In this document: positions 57,669 through 64,000 of the stretch, piece after piece
How positions within the stretch are numbered: position 1 is the stretch's first letter
How the letters are laid out: every line of letters starts with the position of its first letter
Virus record (IMG/VR): IMGVR_UViG_3300027759_003844
Span: 1 to 64,000 of that record
Length of the DNA stretch: 64,000 nucleotides
Direction: 5' to 3' (one strand)
DNA from: a virus
Taxonomy: Duplodnaviria > Caudoviricetes
Made by a program: the position numbers and the translations under genes
The notes under the pieces: generated by a model
Database searches by the model: none
Told to the model about the DNA's origin: nothing
The model's input: only the letters and a program-made list of their open reading frames with translations

Positions 57669-58763
57669 TTAAACCTCTTCCAGCGTCATTGCGCAATCAA
57701 AATAGTATACACCACTAACCAAATCCCTTCTTAACAATTTTTCATTAAAATTAGTAATAAAGACACTTACTGACTCTTCGGTATAGGGGGTTATACCATT
57801 TTCATCTTGATTGATAATTGTTAAAGTATGGATATCTGAATCCATTGCTGCATCTTTCAAATAGTTTCTAGACTCCCTGTAGTCAACTGTTTCATCACTC
57901 TTATTGGGAATAAAGCTCCATTTGGCATTAAATGTTCTCTTGGACCCGCCATACTGAGCGGAATTCTTGTAATACCTAGACGAATCTCCTGCCCAATTAT
58001 TATTTTCTATAAATACTGGAGTTGTAGAAATGTCAAATGTTCTTGACTGGTTCGTTAAAGGCACACCATCTAACAACAGTAGGGCTCGTATCAGTGAAGA
58101 GTCAGCTGTAATGTTCGGGCTGAACCGAATCATCTGCGCCCTTGTCTCGCTATTAGATGTATTAATATTTATTCTAATTGTTGCAAGGAATATATGAGCA
58201 TTTACAGTACTAGCATTTGGCACCGTTGTAACATTGCCAAGTACTGATATTAACGAACTTACAAACCTAATTCTTAATGCAGATACAGGAACATCAGATG
58301 TGCATAGGATATTAGTATTGCTATAAGCAATCTTTGTTACAACTGTAGCAGCCGAAGCCGCAGAATCTATTGCGGATGCAGCCAATGCTATTTTCATTCC
58401 TACCGTAACAACGCTTGATGTACAATCTATTGCAGATGAAGCATATGCTATTTTTGTACCAACAGTAACTACACTTGATGTTATATATATTGGTACCAAG
58501 AACGGCTGGATCTTAGTTCCAAGCGTCAATGTTGTTGAAAGAATATCGCTTATATCTATTTGAGCATGAGCAATCTTATAAGAAGTAGCAGTTAATACAG
58601 CATCAGCTGATAGTGCAATTGTCCCATGAGAAAGTTTGATAGAAGTAACTTGTAGGGTTACATTCCCAGAAACCGCAATTAAACCGAACTGTGTTTTGTC
58701 CGCAAAATAGAAATCTACACCACTATTTAGAGGTTCACTAAAACTATAGAAACTGTCTGCCAT
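57669..58763 (-). CDS. minor tail protein
   Basis: S/T/A/I repeats; C-terminal domain similar to 58766-59176. Confidence 0.7.
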   Translation of the reverse strand: MADSFYSFSEPLNSGVDFYFADKTQFGLIAVSGNVTLQVTSIKLSHGTIALSADAVLTATSYKIAHAQIDISDILSTTLTLGTKIQPFLVPIYITSSVVTVGTKIAYASSAIDCTSSVVTVGMKIALAASAIDSAASAATVVTKIAYSNTNILCTSDVPVSALRIRFVSSLISVLGNVTTVPNASTVNAHIFLATIRININTSNSETRAQMIRFSPNITADSSLIRALLLLDGVPLTNQSRTFDISTTPVFIENNNWAGDSSRYYKNSAQYGGSKRTFNAKWSFIPNKSDETVDYRESRNYLKDAAMDSDIHTLTIINQDENGITPYTEESVSVFITNFNEKLLRRDLVSGVYYFDCAMTLEEV

Positions 58764-58765
58764 TG

Positions 58766-59176
58766 TTATTTCTCTTTAAGAGAAATCTCAACATTGTAAT
58801 AAGCACACTGGTTGGGAATATCTCTTCTAATTAATGTTTCTGAATATGACTCTACATAAACAACTGTATTATAGAAGGCATCATCAGGGTCCAATTTAAT
58901 TGATAGCGTAGCTGACGATGGAGCTCTAGCAAGATCATAAAGATAGTTCCGACTCTTACGACCATCAATAGTTTCTGATGGCTTGTCTGGAAGGTAGGTG
59001 AAAGAGAAGGTGTAATTATTCTTTGCGTTCTTAATAAACCTTTTTCTATTCCCGTTTAAAAGTTCGGTATTAGCAGCAGATGTAATCATACCACCACTGA
59101 ATATACGGTTATGCTCGGTAATCTCTTGCCCATTAAGGACAACAAGATGGGTGATATTAGGTTGTTGAATAGCCAT
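58766..59176 (-). CDS. minor (distal) tail protein
   Basis: directly downstream of the tape measure gene. Confidence 0.65.
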   Translation of the reverse strand: MAIQQPNITHLVVLNGQEITEHNRIFSGGMITSAANTELLNGNRKRFIKNAKNNYTFSFTYLPDKPSETIDGRKSRNYLYDLARAPSSATLSIKLDPDDAFYNTVVYVESYSETLIRRDIPNQCAYYNVEISLKEK

Positions 59177-62100
59177 TAGTTAATACCATTATAGCTTGTA
59201 AATGTTCTAGACTCATTACCAGCAGCCTTATTCATTTTTGGAAGAACATTAACATTGTAACTCTTCATCATTGACTTAAACCATTCTTCTTCCCCAACAA
59301 ATGTTTCAACATTGATATTGACTGTTGATACACTGGTTGACCCACCACCAGAATAGGACGGGGAACCAGAAGGAACATTAAACTTTGAGCGGTTGATTGA
59401 CTGCATTGTTCTTACGCCCATGCTTCTTACAGCATCAGCATTAACAACATATTCACCACCATGCAAGATTGCAGGAACTTCCATTGAAGGAGCACCAGGA
59501 ACATAACCACCAGATTTAAAGCGATTACCAATCCATTCTGTATGCTTCTTAACACCGCTATACATATTGTTTCTAGAAAACAAGCGGCTGATCGCGTTAT
59601 CGCTCAAAGCAGCAATTTGGTGGGGACCATAAGAGTCTGCTATATTATAAGTTCCTTTTCCATAAGTTATCGCATTATGGTAGAAAGGTGAATCAAAGTG
59701 AGGACCAAAACCAGTATTTAACTGTTTTCCAAACACCCTAAGCAACTCATCTGCACCTGCAGTATTAGACCCATGCTCTCCGCCTCTAAAGAAAGCTTGA
59801 TCACTTAGCTTTCCTGTTTGGGATAAAGCATTCATTGCATCATTAACTTTTTGACCTGGAGAAGACCCACCCGTGAAAGTTTTAAATGAACCAGTTGGTA
59901 TTTTCAGACCCTCACCAGGTTTTGGAGTAAACCATGTATCAACAGTGTATAAATTATCCAAAGCCCCAGGGTTAGCGTCAATAACATCCTTAAGCCTCGC
60001 AACAATATAATGAGCATTTTCAATATTTGCTCTTTGTTGATGCCCTTGGACAATGTGGTTTATTGACATATGAATAGTATCTCTAATGTATTCCATAGTC
60101 CCAGTCGGGGTCTCGCTAGGAAATATTGTTTTATAGTCAGCCGTAGGTCTTAAGGCAATATTGCCAGCAGCATCAAGTGGTGGAGCAAACTGAGTCTCAT
60201 GAACTAGAAATAAATCATCTAGATTAAGTGAATCTAAACCACCACGCTTAACACTGCCTAATAAATTTTGCATTGGGTATGAAAAAGTTGAATCATCTTT
60301 TGCTTGCTGTATTATTTTTCTCCCAGCCTGCGCATAGTTATTAAACTGCATCATGGAGTTAGTATCGCCTCTTTGACCAGCATAAAGCAGTGCGTCAATC
60401 AAGTTTGTTGCAGCTCCACCTTCCTTTTTGTATGCTATATGAGCGGAAATCCAATCTCTTGATATTGCTTGACCTTCCTTGCTGAACTGGCTTAATCCAC
60501 TTATGTCATATGGGTTTAAATCAACATTTTTAAAATTATATGGTACATTAAAGCCTCCACCATTTCTCGGAAGTCCAAACCCAATATTTTCTGCTCCAAT
60601 TTTATACATTTCAAAAGACTCAGTTACAATTTGCTCTGCATCCCTCATCGCCTCTCTTGAAATAACTTGGGGGGTCAGTGGAGGACGGAATAACTCTAAG
60701 CCATTACCTGGTGCTTTTGGAAGTTTTTGGTAAAATGTTCCTGAAGTGCTTATTCTATCAAGATCGCCAAAAGGGTTTTTAATGCTTGAAAACATATTGC
60801 CCAAAGATCTAAAAATATTCGGCGGTTGAGCTTTTCCTTCAAGTTTAATCGCTTGTTGCCCTCTAGCAGCTTCAATTGCTTCTCCTAATTCTTTGGCTAT
60901 TTGACCTCTTGTTTTACCGTTTGTAACAACTTCCTGCAAAACACCCACTGGTTTGTCTGTCCATGAAATAGGGCTTTCTGCAAATGTGCTTGGCTTTAAC
61001 CCTCTAGCCCCTCCAATATAGATAGACCCAACTCTGTCCCCAGCATTAAGCGCACTATCTGCATACGGAAGTAATTTTTCTACTGCATTATCTGCTGTAG
61101 TTTTTGCGGCATCAAAAGTCCAAACTTTAGGAATAGCATTAATACCTTCTGCGGATGCAGGATTAGGGAGTAATGTTTTTAGACCCTGAATAGGCGATGC
61201 ATGATATACAAGATCAAATGCTTCTTTTTCTGCCAATACAGCAGCTTCTCGTGCCAAAGCATTGTTCATGGCAGCTGTGAACCCTGGTCTCATTATTTGA
61301 CCAAGAGTCAACTCTGTTGCGGTAAGCCCCATTTTCTCTACTGCTGCAATACCAAACGGTCTTAAAAGAGGTTTTGCAACAGCTGACACTCCAGCATTAA
61401 TTTCTGGTCCAAGAAGTGTGGTTATAATATTAAATGCATCACCCATATTCATAAGTTTATTATTAGCAACTTGTCCAAACCCGTCAGATTTACCGCCAGG
61501 AAGATTGAGACCAGTCAAGTTATTAATACCACGAATATAATTGATACCATTTTCTAAATCATGTTGATTTCTATTTTGTAAATTCTTAATTGGGTTATAA
61601 CTTAATCTTCTATCAAATAAAGCAAGTGGTGATTCAACAACACCCATTGCAATGTTATTTGCACTATTGCCAAATTTAACAAACGATTGCTGTAAGTCAA
61701 AGAGCGATTTAACTACGAACCCACCAGCTTTTGCAAATATACTCTTCTTTTCTGGCTTGACAACTGGTGCTATTGGTCCAATAAAGTTCTTAGCAAGCCC
61801 CGCATTTTTCAAGTCAGCATTTCTTTGAGCATTCCTTTGTTCTTGCGCTTTAGCGACTTGCCCTATTCTACTTGCCTCAGAAAGATGAATAACTTCAGCA
61901 GCTTTACTTGCTGCAGCAGTATTGGCATAAATACCTAAATGGTTTTTGTAACCACCATTAGCATATGCGTTAAAAGCATTAGTGTCAGATAAAATCTTTC
62001 CTTGAACAACTGTTGGCAATAATACTTCACCCTTGCCAATCCCAAAAGATGCAGAGCGAACAGTAGATACACCACCTTCACCTGCAAGATTGTTCTTAAC

Positions 62101-64000
62101 GAGTGGAAGTGATTTTAAGTTAATTGTTGGAGAAGCAACAACAGGAATTGATGTTGCATACGGACCCTGTAACGGTTGTGGTGTTTTCTTAGTAGAGTTA
62201 GCAAGAATTTTATCTTCACCACCGAACGGAATACCACCCTTCTTTGGTGCAACATATCCACCTTTAGCAAATTTTGGGATAAGGTTGTTGTTAAGCTTTT
62301 CTAATGCACCAAGACCCAATCTTGAAACAGCTTTTGCATTAAGGATATATTCCCCGCCATGAAGTAATGCTGGAACTCCTTCTTGAGTAGGGGCATTAAT
62401 GAACCCGCTTCCGATATAACTGCTCTCATCACTCCTGCTTGGAATTACTCCACCTTTTGCATAACCACGAAATGGTCCAGTTGGTTTTTTAACAACTGGC
62501 ACAACTGGTTTGGTATATCCAGTACCAAAAGCAAACTCTTGATAGGTTAATGGTTTTAAGCCCCGTGCAACTCGGCTTGCGTTATTATTTTCAAATGCAT
62601 CAGCCCTACCACCTGCGCCACCAGTAGTTGAAGGGGTACTACTCGTATCCGAAGGAGTCCCCCCAGCGTTTGCTGCAGCCTCTTGAGCTGCTGCTGCAGC
62701 ATCTGCCTGAACTTTAAGAGCTAACCACTTCTTGGTGGTTTCATCAAGATGACCACGCATCTCCGCAAACAAATCTGCATTTATTGCAACAGTATTTCTT
62801 AAACTATTAGTAATAGATATATTGCCATCAATAATAGCTTGCTCATAAATTGTTTTCCAATTGGTAACAAATTTCAATGATGCTTCTGCAAAAGGAGTTA
62901 AGAACTCTTCATCAACAATCCGCAAAATTTCTGTTTTAGCAACATCAAAATTACCAACCAAACCAGTAGAAACTAAACCAAACGCATCAATAACTGTTTG
63001 TTTCTTGTCCCCAAAAACTCCGCCTATATCGGCAAGCATTCCAAGAGTTGCGCCAATAATAGAATTTTCTTCTGGATTACCACCCAAGCCGTACTTTTTC
63101 TGTGCTTCTATAACAAGATCATCAAGGTTCATGCTGAAGGCACCAATAACTTTGTTCGGCATCTTGTCATTTATTGTTGTAACAAATGTTTCAAACATAT
63201 TGCCAAACTCTGTACTATTAGCTAGAGCTGCATCCGTAGTAATCGTATGCAATTTGTTAACTTGGTCTTGGTAATCCTGAATTGTTATAGGAGGGAACTT
63301 AGTGACTAAAGCCGCAGCCTCTTGGAACTTGACAAGTGATTCATCAAAGAACTTTCCAGCAGCTTCCTTAGCCTCATTGATAGCGGTCTTAAGAGCATCA
63401 AGATTTTCTTTTGCTAATTCCTCACTACGCTTTGTCTCAATAGCCTTCATGTCTTCAGTAAATGATTTCTCGTCTAGACCTTGTTCTAGTTGCAACATTC
63501 TTGCATCATCAACCCGACCTTCATAAACAGCTAATGCATAGTTTCTGCGATACTGTTCATCAGTGAGAGCCTTGTCATCAATACGCTTACGCTTCTCTGA
63601 CTCATAAGCCATTGTTTTCGTGAGAGACTCTTGCGCTTTTTCTAATTTATCAAGCGTTTCAATTTGGACTTGGAATACTTTTAGCGCAGCATCTTTTTGT
63701 TTCTTAAGAGCATTTTCTGCTTGCGTGAGATACTTATCTACAGCGTTCTTTAATTCACCAGCAACATAGTCTTGAAGTTCCTGAACGGCACCATCAATCT
63801 CTTTCTTCATTGCCCCAGCAAGATCTAACGCATCAGCAAAGCCATCGCCTGTGGATTGTGCGATTGCCTCGCCAGCCTCTTCGGCTTCAGGCTTAACATC
63901 ATCACCTAAGCCTTTAACCTTTCCTTTTGATTTTTTGACACCTTTACTAATACCCTTATCAAGACCGTTGGTGATAGCTCCCGCAATAGCGTCAACAGCA
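59176..64000 (-). CDS. tape measure protein, 5' end outside the window
   Basis: frame stays open from 63810 to the window edge; coiled-coil region; two A.GG...LHGGEY..NA.AV modules. Confidence 0.85.
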   Translation of the reverse strand, partial: AVDAIAGAITNGLDKGISKGVKKSKGKVKGLGDDVKPEAEEAGEAIAQSTGDGFADALDLAGAMKKEIDGAVQELQDYVAGELKNAVDKYLTQAENALKKQKDAALKVFQVQIETLDKLEKAQESLTKTMAYESEKRKRIDDKALTDEQYRRNYALAVYEGRVDDARMLQLEQGLDEKSFTEDMKAIETKRSEELAKENLDALKTAINEAKEAAGKFFDESLVKFQEAAALVTKFPPITIQDYQDQVNKLHTITTDAALANSTEFGNMFETFVTTINDKMPNKVIGAFSMNLDDLVIEAQKKYGLGGNPEENSIIGATLGMLADIGGVFGDKKQTVIDAFGLVSTGLVGNFDVAKTEILRIVDEEFLTPFAEASLKFVTNWKTIYEQAIIDGNISITNSLRNTVAINADLFAEMRGHLDETTKKWLALKVQADAAAAAQEAAANAGGTPSDTSSTPSTTGGAGGRADAFENNNASRVARGLKPLTYQEFAFGTGYTKPVVPVVKKPTGPFRGYAKGGVIPSRSDESSYIGSGFINAPTQEGVPALLHGGEYILNAKAVSRLGLGALEKLNNNLIPKFAKGGYVAPKKGGIPFGGEDKILANSTKKTPQPLQGPYATSIPVVASPTINLKSLPLVKNNLAGEGGVSTVRSASFGIGKGEVLLPTVVQGKILSDTNAFNAYANGGYKNHLGIYANTAAASKAAEVIHLSEASRIGQVAKAQEQRNAQRNADLKNAGLAKNFIGPIAPVVKPEKKSIFAKAGGFVVKSLFDLQQSFVKFGNSANNIAMGVVESPLALFDRRLSYNPIKNLQNRNQHDLENGINYIRGINNLTGLNLPGGKSDGFGQVANNKLMNMGDAFNIITTLLGPEINAGVSAVAKPLLRPFGIAAVEKMGLTATELTLGQIMRPGFTAAMNNALAREAAVLAEKEAFDLVYHASPIQGLKTLLPNPASAEGINAIPKVWTFDAAKTTADNAVEKLLPYADSALNAGDRVGSIYIGGARGLKPSTFAESPISWTDKPVGVLQEVVTNGKTRGQIAKELGEAIEAARGQQAIKLEGKAQPPNIFRSLGNMFSSIKNPFGDLDRISTSGTFYQKLPKAPGNGLELFRPPLTPQVISREAMRDAEQIVTESFEMYKIGAENIGFGLPRNGGGFNVPYNFKNVDLNPYDISGLSQFSKEGQAISRDWISAHIAYKKEGGAATNLIDALLYAGQRGDTNSMMQFNNYAQAGRKIIQQAKDDSTFSYPMQNLLGSVKRGGLDSLNLDDLFLVHETQFAPPLDAAGNIALRPTADYKTIFPSETPTGTMEYIRDTIHMSINHIVQGHQQRANIENAHYIVARLKDVIDANPGALDNLYTVDTWFTPKPGEGLKIPTGSFKTFTGGSSPGQKVNDAMNALSQTGKLSDQAFFRGGEHGSNTAGADELLRVFGKQLNTGFGPHFDSPFYHNAITYGKGTYNIADSYGPHQIAALSDNAISRLFSRNNMYSGVKKHTEWIGNRFKSGGYVPGAPSMEVPAILHGGEYVVNADAVRSMGVRTMQSINRSKFNVPSGSPSYSGGGSTSVSTVNINVETFVGEEEWFKSMMKSYNVNVLPKMNKAAGNESRTFTSYNGIN

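Noticed and set aside
51357-58763. Diversity-generating retroelement targeting tail genes
   Set aside because: No reverse transcriptase and no template/variable repeat pair seen
8979-64000. Stop-codon reassignment
   Set aside because: Core genes are full length in the standard code, and the only tRNA is an ordinary Arg(TCT)

Overview
The window is part of a large, AT-rich tailed dsDNA phage genome. Two WhiB genes, an actinobacterial-type ferredoxin/MetAP pair and an actinobacterial SOS box point to an actinobacterial host, possibly Acidimicrobiia. Four zones are visible. (1) 1-3.1 kb: small ORFs, a host-derived map-fdx-trxA cassette that still shows a capture scar (a duplicated 10-codon ferredoxin start), an FmdB-type Zn-ribbon gene and a probable small RNA. 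(2) 3.1-8.9 kb: an unusual island of short promoter-gene-terminator modules carrying two families of redundant, heavily recoded paralogous basic proteins. The spacers hold about 70 TTACA/TGTAA half-sites of a palindromic TTAC-N6-GTAA lattice, plus LexA-, CRP- and DnaA-like boxes. (3) 9-29.7 kb: about 50 small minus-strand early/accessory genes, including tRNA-Arg, a lytic transglycosylase, a permuted GHKL ATPase, a ParB-like protein and WhiB, bracketed by near-identical copies of the lattice palindrome. (4) 30-64 kb: core minus-strand genes for packaging (terminase), glycosyltransferases, recombination and replication (RuvC, Cas4-like nuclease, RecA, DnaE, SSB, primase, helicase), tail proteins and a 5'-truncated multi-domain tape measure protein. 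The best candidate for an undescribed system is zone 2. All calls come from reading motifs by eye; no database searches were run, and counts are manual.
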